This document shows, one piece after another, positions 1-8,680 of a stretch of 32,000 bases of DNA. Every line of letters starts with the position of its first letter. Positions within the stretch are counted from its first letter, which is position 1. This DNA is from Sulfolobus acidocaldarius DSM 639 (GTDB lineage: Archaea; Thermoproteota; Thermoprotei_A; Sulfolobales; Sulfolobaceae), in contig NC_007181.1 in assembly GCF_000012285.1 (NCBI RefSeq), forward strand, positions 240,001 through 272,000. The letters run 5' to 3'. The position numbers and the translations under genes were made by a program. A model generated the notes under the pieces. The model made no database searches. It was not told the origin of the DNA and saw only the letters and a program-made list of their open reading frames with translations.

Positions 1-1
1 T

Positions 2-302
<301 letters not shown>

Positions 303-322
<20 letters not shown>

Positions 323-680
323 TAACGTGATGAGCTACACACTTAGAGTTGGTGTAATAATAAGCATTGCGTTGATAATTCTTGGATTCATATTATTAGC
401 CCAAGATCCCACAGCTCTTCAACGTCTAGCATCAAGGCATTCAACATTTAACACATCAAGAGTGAGTCCTATACAGGTTTTGCAAGGTTTAAATCGTTTC
501 GATGGCGTAGACTATATTCTATTTGGTCTAATAATATTAATAGCAACTCCGGTCATTAGAGTTATTTTAGGGCTAGCTGGATTCATAGCAGAAAGGAATA
601 AGCTCTACATAGTGATTACTTTTATAGTATTGTTAGATTTGCTTATTGCAATCTTCATAATCCCCTTAGTGTACAAATAA
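303..680 (+). CDS. DUF1634-like small membrane protein, partner of the TauE/SafE permease
   Basis: 125 aa with three predicted TM helices. It overlaps the permease stop by about 20 nt; DUF1634 proteins are typical neighbours of TauE/SafE permeases. Confidence 0.7.
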
Positions 681-683
681 ATA

Positions 684-1187
684 ATGGTATTAGAGATTTG
701 TACTGATGGAAAAAGAATAGGAGTTAAATTAGAATCAGAAGTAATTAGTGTAGAGAGTAACAAGCCCATAAAACTGAAGGAAGTATATTGTTTAAAATTT
801 GAGAACTTAAGATATGATGGGGACAAGCTTAGATACAAAGATATTGTTATTCCTTTACCAAATTTGCCTGGCGATTTGAAATTACTAAAAGTAATTTATT
901 TGGTATCAGGTGAGGCTTCAAACGAGCTTTGGTACTGCTGTTCCTGTGAAATTCACGTGGATACAAAAATAAAAGATATAAAGTTAGATGAGGGTTTATC
1001 TCCTATTTATTCTAGGTTCTGTGGGAATTATGGTTTAATTACTCCAAAACACTGTATTGCCAATGAGACTTTTGCTATTTTCGGTAATGATCATAGAGGA
1101 GTTATCTTAGCTTATCAGGAGTTTATATCGTTTATTAAGGAAATCGGAAAAATTTTATTAAAACTAAAAGTATATTCGCATCTGTGA
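684..1187 (+). CDS. hypothetical protein, no recognised family
   Basis: 167 aa ORF starting 3 nt after the preceding stop; contains a CCSC cluster and additional Cys residues. Confidence 0.6.
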   Translation: MVLEICTDGKRIGVKLESEVISVESNKPIKLKEVYCLKFENLRYDGDKLRYKDIVIPLPNLPGDLKLLKVIYLVSGEASNELWYCCSCEIHVDTKIKDIKLDEGLSPIYSRFCGNYGLITPKHCIANETFAIFGNDHRGVILAYQEFISFIKEIGKILLKLKVYSHL

Positions 1188-1621
1188 ATAATCAAATAGT
1201 TAGTTACTACTCATACGTTCTCATATTTTCATCCATTCTAATAATAATAGGATTGGTATTTGGTGGCTTTACACCAATAAATGAACAAGTGGCAACACCC
1301 AGTTATGATCTAGCATTACCTGTGAGCTTAAGCTTTTCAGCCTTCATACTTCTAATTATTTTCATTTTCTCCTCCATTATCTTGTGGGGCTCCAAGAGTT
1401 TAGCCTCGAACTTAATTATAGATTCCTCTGCACTTTCCTTTTCAATCCTTAACTACGTCAATTTTTATGTCATATATGAGATATGGAGACCTGAAATCAT
1501 TCCATTACCATTATTTTTTTACATACACTACAGCAACATAAACGAGCTTACGGTGGATTTCGGACAAATAGCCTTAATCATATTCTTCTATAGGCTCTAT
1601 AAGAGAAATAAAAGTGTTTAG
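1184..1621 (+). CDS. hypothetical multi-pass membrane protein
   Basis: 145 aa hydrophobic ORF with a 4-nt overlap with the upstream ORF. Confidence 0.6.
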   Translation: MNNQIVSYYSYVLIFSSILIIIGLVFGGFTPINEQVATPSYDLALPVSLSFSAFILLIIFIFSSIILWGSKSLASNLIIDSSALSFSILNYVNFYVIYEIWRPEIIPLPLFFYIHYSNINELTVDFGQIALIIFFYRLYKRNKSV

Positions 1622-1650
1622 AAATCAGTTTAGAAATCAGTTAAGAAAAA

Positions 1651-2223
1651 TTATTTTCTTGATCTAAATAGGGCAATTATGAGTATAGCTATAATGATTA
1701 TGACACCAGCGCCTACTAAATAATATGCTGCTTGCTCTAGTTTTGTTATCAGAAATCCGATTTGATAATAATATATATACCCTAGAATTGCTAAAGTTGA
1801 ATCCCATATTAAATGTCCTAAGAAGGTTAGAATCAAAAAGTTAAAAATGTTCATGGCTGCTAGACCAGCTGGGAAAGATATTAAGGCTCTAATTTCAGGT
1901 ACAAACCTAAAACCAAAGACCGCATAATTACCATATTTTTTAAACCAACCATTTAATCTATCTAGTCTTTTACTGGTCAGCCGGAAGAGCTTACCATATC
2001 TTTTAAGAAAAGGTAACCCTAATTTAAATGCAATATAGTAGTCTATTATTGATCCTACTAGACTTCCCAGAGTTCCCACTATTATACCAAGAAATAGATC
2101 CATGTTTCCTGTTCTAGAGTAGTATCCTGTATATGGCATTATCACCTCACTGGGTATGGGAAATCCTATACCCTCTAATATCATCAACGAGAAAATTATC
2201 AGATAGTTTGTACTTACATTCAT
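1651..2223 (-). CDS. DedA family (SNARE-associated/VTT domain) membrane protein
   Basis: 190 aa; EGIGFPIPSEVIMPYTG near the N-terminus and the R(F)VPEIRALISFPAGLAAM motif are typical of DedA. Confidence 0.88.
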   Translation of the reverse strand: MNVSTNYLIIFSLMILEGIGFPIPSEVIMPYTGYYSRTGNMDLFLGIIVGTLGSLVGSIIDYYIAFKLGLPFLKRYGKLFRLTSKRLDRLNGWFKKYGNYAVFGFRFVPEIRALISFPAGLAAMNIFNFLILTFLGHLIWDSTLAILGYIYYYQIGFLITKLEQAAYYLVGAGVIIIIAILIIALFRSRK

Positions 2224-2398
2224 TAACCTCAGTACATAAATTGGCTTTAAATATTTTTTGAGAAATAGAATTATTATAGATGTTAATAATGTTATGAAAG
2301 AGTACTTGCGGAGAAACTCTATATATCTGTAGTTACTACGAAGAGGCTTAAACCTTGAATCTGATATCAGCAGTTTAAGAATGACAGAGTCCCTGAGG

Positions 2399-2414
2399 TA
2401 TAAGATATCTTATA
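2399..2414. repeat. 16-bp perfect palindrome TATAAGATATCTTATA
   Basis: Read directly; overlaps the stop codon of the ORF at 2410..2919. Confidence 0.85.
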
Positions 2415-2919
2415 ACTGGAGGGATTTTTGAGCAATGCTAAGTGCAGTTTCTTCCTGTGCCTCAATAATTTTATAGTAAAGCCTAAACGCATTAAGGATT
2501 AACTTTAACCCACTTTTTATGTTGGTTTCATTTACTCTAATGGATACACAGCAGTCCTTAATTCTTAACTCAAAATTATCTCTTGCTACGTTATTTATTA
2601 GATCCATCCCTGGAAATGGTTGAAGGCATAATTCATAGGAGGTCTCTACGTAACTCTCAGCTATTTGAAGTGGTAATATGTTCCGAAAATTTCCAGGCTT
2701 CCATAGTACCTCATGAAAACTCCCTATGTCAAGTTCTTCCAACTCTTTAAGCCTATCCTTAGGAAAAGTGCTCTCTACTACAACGGCGTATCTCCCAAAC
2801 TCCTTAGCAAGATAACCTCCCTCCAACTCCATCCATCCTTGTAATATCCTTTGAACTTTAAACTTGGCTATAGAGTTTCGAAATTCATAAACGTTGATGT
2901 ATATTTCTAGGCGGGTCAA
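2410..2919 (-). CDS. hypothetical protein
   Basis: 169 aa ORF with normal archaeal composition; no family recognised. Confidence 0.6.
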   Translation of the reverse strand: MTRLEIYINVYEFRNSIAKFKVQRILQGWMELEGGYLAKEFGRYAVVVESTFPKDRLKELEELDIGSFHEVLWKPGNFRNILPLQIAESYVETSYELCLQPFPGMDLINNVARDNFELRIKDCCVSIRVNETNIKSGLKLILNAFRLYYKIIEAQEETALSIAQKSLQL

Positions 2920-3035
2920 TACGTCTTCCCAGTTTTAAATACTTTGATCTAGTCTAAATTTATTGGTATCTCCTTAACTTAAGCACGATCCATCAGTTGG
3001 GCAATTAATAAATACTTACAATAGTTATATTAGTT

Positions 3036-3431
3036 GTGCTCGTGTCCCAATTAGTTTCGAGAAAACCAGTCACCGTTGACCTCAAGACTAGTATAAAGGA
3101 TGCCACAAAGGTAATGAGGAGGGAAGGGGTTGGTTCCTTAGTTATTGTAGACAATGATTTTCGACCAGTAGGGATCGTCACTGAAAGGGATATAGTTTAT
3201 GCTATAGCTCAAGATATTCCTATAGACACTCCAATAAGCGAAATAATGAGCAGAGATCCGGTTTCAATTAATGGGGGCTCAGATGTAAGTGAGGCAGTTG
3301 CACTGATGACATCTAGGGGAATCAGACACTTGGTGGTTATTAATAACGAGGGCAGGACAATAGGAGTAATTTCAGTAAGAGATGTGGTGAAAGCAGTTGG
3401 AGCTATAGCACTAGACTTAGCGTTTTGGTAA
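3036..3431 (+). CDS. CBS-domain-pair protein
   Basis: 131 aa; two CBS motifs (GSLVIVDNDFRPVGIVTERDIVYAI and IRHLVVINNEGRTIGVISVRDVVKAV); GTG start. Confidence 0.92.
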   Translation: MLVSQLVSRKPVTVDLKTSIKDATKVMRREGVGSLVIVDNDFRPVGIVTERDIVYAIAQDIPIDTPISEIMSRDPVSINGGSDVSEAVALMTSRGIRHLVVINNEGRTIGVISVRDVVKAVGAIALDLAFW

Positions 3432-3670
3432 AAAATGTCTGATTTTCACTCTTATCAAGTAGTTATTACCCACTCCTAAACTATTGATCTCACCTAAAAC
3501 TACGTCCTCTAAATTATCCATGTATTTGTAATAAGGTAATTGAAGATTGGAAAAAGTTAGTTAAGGGCTGTTTCTATTAAGTGTTCATAAACTCACGTTT
3601 TTACTTTGTTTACCTTTTCTTTGAGGATTGAAACACTGCGTCAGTGATTATTTTGCTAAATGAGGAAAGT

Positions 3671-3690
3671 CTCCCCTTCAGGGCGGGGAG
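3671..3690. repeat. GC-rich hairpin resembling a degenerate IS200/IS605-type right end
   Basis: CTCCCC-TTCAGGGC-GGGGAG followed by GAACTCAG. It resembles CTCCCCGCCC-TTCA-GGGCGGGGAG with about 4 nt missing from the left arm. No transposase or TnpB ORF is adjacent. Confidence 0.5.
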
Positions 3691-3776
3691 GAACTCAGAA
3701 TGTTTATATGTCAACGTTAAAATCAAATTCAATAAATTCATACTATGTTCCGTGTTATTTCAACTTTGACTTTTTC

Positions 3777-4823
3777 CTATTTTTCATTTAAGATCAACTT
3801 GTACATAGGGTCGATAATCCTGTAACCATTAACATCCTTCTTAACTAATCTAGCATTTACCAACTGCTTTAGAGCATGATTAAATACCCAATCCTTAAAC
3901 TCCCTCTTCGTCAAACCCTCTGTTAGGTTCTTGAGTTCCTTCCATGAAACCTCTTCTACTAGACATAGGGATCTAAGTATTGCCCTCTGGGTGTCGCTTA
4001 GTCGTCCTAGCTCCTCCTTTATTACCCCTTCAGCTACCTTTTTCACCATATCTTTAGCCTTGTTATGACTATAACCAAGGTTTCTAAAGCTACCATAGTA
4101 CGTTAACCACCCCTGTATTCCCCTATATGTCGTTACGCTTTCTTCAATTTCATCTTCGCTCAGTTTTATACCACATCTCTCCGAGCCAATTTTAAGAAAC
4201 CTTCTACCTAATTCTTCTGAGAAAGGATAGATTTCAATTGATAGTATAGGTTTACCTTTGAGTACACTACTAACTTTTCCTTTTCCCTCGCCTGACAGTG
4301 CCTTTGAGAGCCCTATCATTGAACCTGTGAACACAAATCTAATTTCGGATTCGTTGTAGACATTCGATAGGAGTGTCAAAAACCACGGCGAGACTACGTT
4401 TTGAACTTCATCTACTAAAATAATTTTATGATCAAGTTTTTTTAGAAGTGACCTCACTCCCTTTAGGGGAGTTTTCTGTATCTCTATCCTCAGTACTTTC
4501 AAATCCAACGAGAGCCTCAAGGATACGCTAGATTCTATCAGTTCTTCACCGAACTGTTTTATGGATCTAATATTTGTAGCATCAACATATATTCCGTTTA
4601 GTTCGTTTGCCACTATCTTAAGTATTGATGTCTTTCCAGTCCTCTTTGGACCTATAAGTAGAGGCCAAAATTTTCCTTGAACGAGTTTCTCGACTTCATT
4701 TAGAATTTCTTCAGAGTCAAAGAAGTCTTCCCTGGTGGATTTCGGGTAAGGATCAAAAATTTTGCAGATAGCCATATTAGTTACTAATATAGCTTTATCC
4801 ATATTTATTTTATCCCGTCTCAT
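3777..4823 (-). CDS. archaeal-type P-loop ATPase (ATPase_2-like)
   Basis: PYPKSTREDFFDSEEI N-terminal motif, Walker A GPKRTGKTS, Walker B KIILVDEVQN, and winged-helix-like C-terminus. The true start may be the internal ATG at 4775. Confidence 0.88.
   Translation of the reverse strand: MRRDKINMDKAILVTNMAICKIFDPYPKSTREDFFDSEEILNEVEKLVQGKFWPLLIGPKRTGKTSILKIVANELNGIYVDATNIRSIKQFGEELIESSVSLRLSLDLKVLRIEIQKTPLKGVRSLLKKLDHKIILVDEVQNVVSPWFLTLLSNVYNESEIRFVFTGSMIGLSKALSGEGKGKVSSVLKGKPILSIEIYPFSEELGRRFLKIGSERCGIKLSEDEIEESVTTYRGIQGWLTYYGSFRNLGYSHNKAKDMVKKVAEGVIKEELGRLSDTQRAILRSLCLVEEVSWKELKNLTEGLTKREFKDWVFNHALKQLVNARLVKKDVNGYRIIDPMYKLILNEK
4775..4796. repeat. 22-nt repeat copy 1, TATTAGTTACTAATATAGCTTT, containing the dyad TATTAGT-T-ACTAATA
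   Basis: Exact match to 4875..4896. It abuts the probable internal start codon of the ATPase gene. Confidence 0.85.
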
Positions 4824-4874
4824 GAGAACTATTTCTCCCTTATAATTTCCTGTTTTTATAGATTATAGAAACCC

Positions 4875-4896
4875 TATTAGTTACTAATATAGCTTT
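4875..4896. repeat. 22-nt repeat copy 2, exactly 100 bp from copy 1
   Basis: Identical TATTAGTTACTAATATAGCTTT. Confidence 0.85.
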
Positions 4897-5248
4897 TACG
4901 GAGGGCTATCAACTTATGTGTTTTAGCTTAAGAGTTGTGATTCAAGTTCAGGAAATGTAAGCTAACATGAGTTTTGTTTCAATGTTTATTATTTTGTAAT
5001 TTTCCTGCTTTTATGTATTAAATAAAGATTTATTTTTAACTCTTATCTCTAGGTGAAACTGACTTTTTTTAAATATATATGCATGAGTTTTCATTAGAAA
5101 TATAGATAAGACTTCTTTTAGTTAAAATTTTTTTATATTTATAATTTAGAGCATTATTCATGGTATTAGATATATCTGTAACAATATTACTTAACTAATT
5201 TCTTATCGTATCAACAAAATATATTAGTTCCTAGGATAAATATAACGT

Positions 5249-5980
5249 GTGAACGTAGTAGCCCTTTTTAAGATAGTCCCAGATGATACTTTAATAAAAA
5301 TAACAGGAAGCACTCTAGATCTAAATGTACCAGCAAAAATAAGCACATACGACAAGAGCGCAATTGAAGAGGCTATAAGAATAAAAGAAAAACATGGTGG
5401 AAAGGCAATAGGTATAACAGCAGGTAATACAGATAGAAAGGCTATTAGAGAAGCCTTAGCAATGGGTCTAGACGAGGTTATAGCTATAGATATGAAAGAA
5501 CAAGATATTTACAGTACAGCAAATATGATAGCAGATCAATTAAAACAACTCAATCCTGATCTTGTGATAGGTTCAGAGGCTACAACAGATAGTAGCGGTG
5601 GTATATTTCCTGCATATCTAGCTGGTTTACTTGGACTGCCTTTAATAAGTTATGTTAAGTCCATAACGATAGAAGGAAAGAAAATAAGAGCTGAAAGAAA
5701 CTTAATCTCGTCTACTGAAATAGTTGAGGCAGAGTTACCACTTGTAATTTCAGTAGTAGGAGAGATAAACACGCCTAGAATACCTACAGTCAAGCAAATA
5801 CTTGAGTCCTCTAAAAAGCCTGTGAAGAGCGTAAATGCAAATGTAAAGCCATTGGTAAAGTTAGCGTCAGTATCTCCTTATGTAATCCAGAGGAAAAAGA
5901 TAATAATAGATGGCTCTAAGATGGAAGAAGCTGTCGATAAACTACTTTCATACTTGAGGCAAGAAGGGGTGATTTCATGA
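5249..5980 (+). CDS. etfB: electron transfer flavoprotein beta subunit (FixA-like)
   Basis: 243 aa; STYDKSAIEEAIRIKEKHGGKAIGITAG...ALAMGLDEVIAI; followed immediately by the alpha subunit. GTG start. Confidence 0.9.
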   Translation: MNVVALFKIVPDDTLIKITGSTLDLNVPAKISTYDKSAIEEAIRIKEKHGGKAIGITAGNTDRKAIREALAMGLDEVIAIDMKEQDIYSTANMIADQLKQLNPDLVIGSEATTDSSGGIFPAYLAGLLGLPLISYVKSITIEGKKIRAERNLISSTEIVEAELPLVISVVGEINTPRIPTVKQILESSKKPVKSVNANVKPLVKLASVSPYVIQRKKIIIDGSKMEEAVDKLLSYLRQEGVIS

Positions 5981-6822
5981 ACATAGTTGTCTATTCAGAA
6001 GATCCTGAATATATAAAGGTAGCATCAAGCTATTTTCCAAATGAAAAGATAGTAGCAGTCTCCACATCAGATACAAAGTATGCAGATGAATTGCATGTTG
6101 TAGATAAGATGGATGAGGAAGCCATAGCAAAATATCTCGCATCACTTAAGCCAGATTTACTTATAACGGGAAGCACAAAAAGGGATAAAGTAGTAGGAGC
6201 CTACGCTGCTGGTTTATTAAAATACCCAATTTTACCTGATGTAATTGAGATATCTGGCAACAAAGCTAAGAGAGTAGTCTATAGCGGAATGGGGATTGCT
6301 GAGCTTGAGTTCAATACCCCAATTGTGGTCTCCATATCCAAGAAGAACGTTGAAGCAAAAGAGAGACAAACACAGAAAAAGAACGTTAATTTAGAGGAGG
6401 GTAAGGTTAAGAAAATTGAGGTTAAGCAAAAAGGTGGAGAAGGAGTAGATCTATCGTCTGCTCAGATAATAGTCTCAGTTGGGAGAGGGATAGGCTCTAA
6501 GGAGAATATAAAGTTCGCTGACGAGTTGGCTAGAGCCATAGGAGGAGCTTTAGGTGGAAGCAGACCTATTACTGCTGATCTGGGTTGGTTACCAGAGGAT
6601 AGACAAATTGGTTTGTCTGGTCTAAAAGTAAAGCCAAAAGTATACTTCGCTCTAGGAATATCGGGTCAGCCACAGCACTTAGCTGGTATAAAGGATTCTA
6701 AGATAATTGTAGCAGTAAATACAGACAAGAATGCACCTATAGTCGAAAACGCTGATTACATAGTTGTGGGGGACGTAATAAAATTCTGTCAAGAAATGGT
6801 GAAAAAAGTGGGTAAGAAATGA
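5977..6822 (+). CDS. etfA: electron transfer flavoprotein alpha subunit (FixB-like)
   Basis: 281 aa; C-terminal FAD domain GRGIGSKEN...DLGWLPEDRQIGLSG...KVYFALGISGQPQHLAG; 4-nt overlap with etfB. Confidence 0.93.
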   Translation: MNIVVYSEDPEYIKVASSYFPNEKIVAVSTSDTKYADELHVVDKMDEEAIAKYLASLKPDLLITGSTKRDKVVGAYAAGLLKYPILPDVIEISGNKAKRVVYSGMGIAELEFNTPIVVSISKKNVEAKERQTQKKNVNLEEGKVKKIEVKQKGGEGVDLSSAQIIVSVGRGIGSKENIKFADELARAIGGALGGSRPITADLGWLPEDRQIGLSGLKVKPKVYFALGISGQPQHLAGIKDSKIIVAVNTDKNAPIVENADYIVVGDVIKFCQEMVKKVGKK

Positions 6823-8042
6823 GTTTTGATGCTGATGTAATTGTAGTTGGTGGAGGCTTAGGCGGACTATCTGCTGCAATAACAGCAGCCAAAGAAGGGT
6901 TGAGTGTCATTGTATTAGAGAGGGGAGACTATAGTGGTGCAAAAAATGTATCAGGAGGAAGAATGTACATACATGCCCTACAGAAACTTATACCAGATGC
7001 GTTAGAGAGAGCCCCCCTAGAGAGACCTATAACTAAGGAAACATTTGAATTTTATTGCAGTAATGACAGGAAACTGTCTTTTTCTTTTGAGGAAAAAGGA
7101 AAGAAGAATAGTTACTCTATATTAAGAGCAAAATTTGATAGATGGCTTGCAAGTGAGGCAGAAAATCTGGGCGTATTGATTTCATATTCAACGTTAGTCA
7201 CAAATGCTCAAAGAGAAACTGGAGGGATTAATCTAGAGACCAACAGAGGAAACCTGAGAGCACCGTTGGTGATTGACGCATCAGGTGTTACGTCTGTCGT
7301 GTTCAGGTATCTAGGTTTAAGAAAGTTTACCCCTGATAAGTGGATGTTAGGAGCAAAAGAGATAATAAAGACTGACGTAAATCTACCTGAAGATGAAGGT
7401 GAAGTTAGAACAATAGTTGCTGCCGTGAAGGGCGTCAAAGGGGGAGGTTTTGTTTACACTAACAAAGATACTTTGTCAGTGGGTATGGCTGTAACTTTTG
7501 ATTCCCTACCTAAATCTGAAGTACCTGCAAAAGATTTAGTTGAAGCATTTAGGGAGAAGTTGGGTATAGAGGGAGAAATTCTTGAGTATTCTGCACATGC
7601 GATTCCATATTTCGGATACAGAAATCTTCCTCCACTCTATGATAACAACCTAATAGCTGTAGGGGATTCAGCTGGTTTTCTAATAAATGATGGATTTACC
7701 ATAAGAGGTATGGATCTAGCTATAGGCTCAGGTATGATAGCTGGACTAGCTGCAAAGAAACTAAAAGAGATTAATGACTACACAAAGACTGACGTCTATT
7801 ACCAGATGCTTAAGGAGAGCTTCGTATTAAGGCACCTAGAGTTAGCATACAACAGGTTTTCAGTAATAAATGACCCTAGGACTTTAGTGTCATATCCAGA
7901 GGTTCTATGCAATGTATTAACGGACATGTTTACAGTAACAGAGGAGAGGAAACCATTAATGGAGGTAGCCCTTCAAAGGCTTAAGGAGAAGGATATTTCG
8001 TTAACCAAAGCATTAATGGACTTAATGAGGGCTAGTAAGTAA
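6819..8042 (+). CDS. fixC: FixC-like FAD-dependent oxidoreductase (ETF:quinone oxidoreductase family)
   Basis: 407 aa; DADVIVVGGGLGGLSAAITAA Rossmann motif, RGDYSGAKNVSGG, GDSAGFLINDGFTIRGMDLAIGSG; overlaps etfA. Confidence 0.93.
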   Translation: MSFDADVIVVGGGLGGLSAAITAAKEGLSVIVLERGDYSGAKNVSGGRMYIHALQKLIPDALERAPLERPITKETFEFYCSNDRKLSFSFEEKGKKNSYSILRAKFDRWLASEAENLGVLISYSTLVTNAQRETGGINLETNRGNLRAPLVIDASGVTSVVFRYLGLRKFTPDKWMLGAKEIIKTDVNLPEDEGEVRTIVAAVKGVKGGGFVYTNKDTLSVGMAVTFDSLPKSEVPAKDLVEAFREKLGIEGEILEYSAHAIPYFGYRNLPPLYDNNLIAVGDSAGFLINDGFTIRGMDLAIGSGMIAGLAAKKLKEINDYTKTDVYYQMLKESFVLRHLELAYNRFSVINDPRTLVSYPEVLCNVLTDMFTVTEERKPLMEVALQRLKEKDISLTKALMDLMRASK

Positions 8043-8274
8043 CATTTCCTTTTTCTTAGGTTAGGAAGATTACAAATCATGTTTTTTATGTTCTTGGATT
8101 TCCTAAGTGAGAGATTACAATACTCTCGACATATAGAATTTGTAGGTTTTAAGTGAAATAAATATATGTTAAGACGGTGTTATGGGTAGCGTAATAGATT
8201 TCGTGGTATGTGAGAAAAAGTAATGCCGGTAATTAAAAAACTCCGTCATCTACAGAACTTCTTTCACAAGATCT

Positions 8275-8544
8275 TTATCCATACCTATACGAAATTCCTC
8301 CCTCAGGGAAGTTAAATGTTATAGCCCCGAATGGACAAATGACTATCGCTCCTCCACATTCCAAGCATCTCTCGTAATGAACAATTATCCTGCCATCTTC
8401 AGAAGGTTCGTATGTCCCTGCTGGACACGACGCAACACATGGTTTATCTTTGCAAGTTAAACATATGTCAGTATTAACTTGAATGTGAGATTTGTTATTT
8501 ACTGTATACGTATTCAGCCCCAATCTTTTAAGTAAAGGTATCAT
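8275..8544 (-). CDS. fixX: FixX-like ferredoxin, convergent to the etfB-etfA-fixC cluster
   Basis: 89 aa; CLTCKDKPCVASCPAGTYE...CLECGGAIVICPFGAITFNFPEGGISYRYG. The FixX-typical C-terminus (YRYG) is present and one motif Cys is replaced. Confidence 0.88.
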   Translation of the reverse strand: MIPLLKRLGLNTYTVNNKSHIQVNTDICLTCKDKPCVASCPAGTYEPSEDGRIIVHYERCLECGGAIVICPFGAITFNFPEGGISYRYG

Positions 8545-8680
8545 ACTTGATATTTAGTAAAATGCTAAATAAAAATATTTTTTGTAATGTCACTTACAAG
8601 CAATTTATTGTAGATATGTCTACTCTATTATTGATAAATAAACTAATCAAACTCTCTCAAAACCCTAACTAAATGACAGA

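Noticed and set aside
3618-3634. TCTTTGAGGATTGAAAC resembles the ATTGAAAC/G 3' handle of Sulfolobales CRISPR repeats.
   Set aside because: It occurs once with no regularly spaced copies; no array or cas gene nearby.
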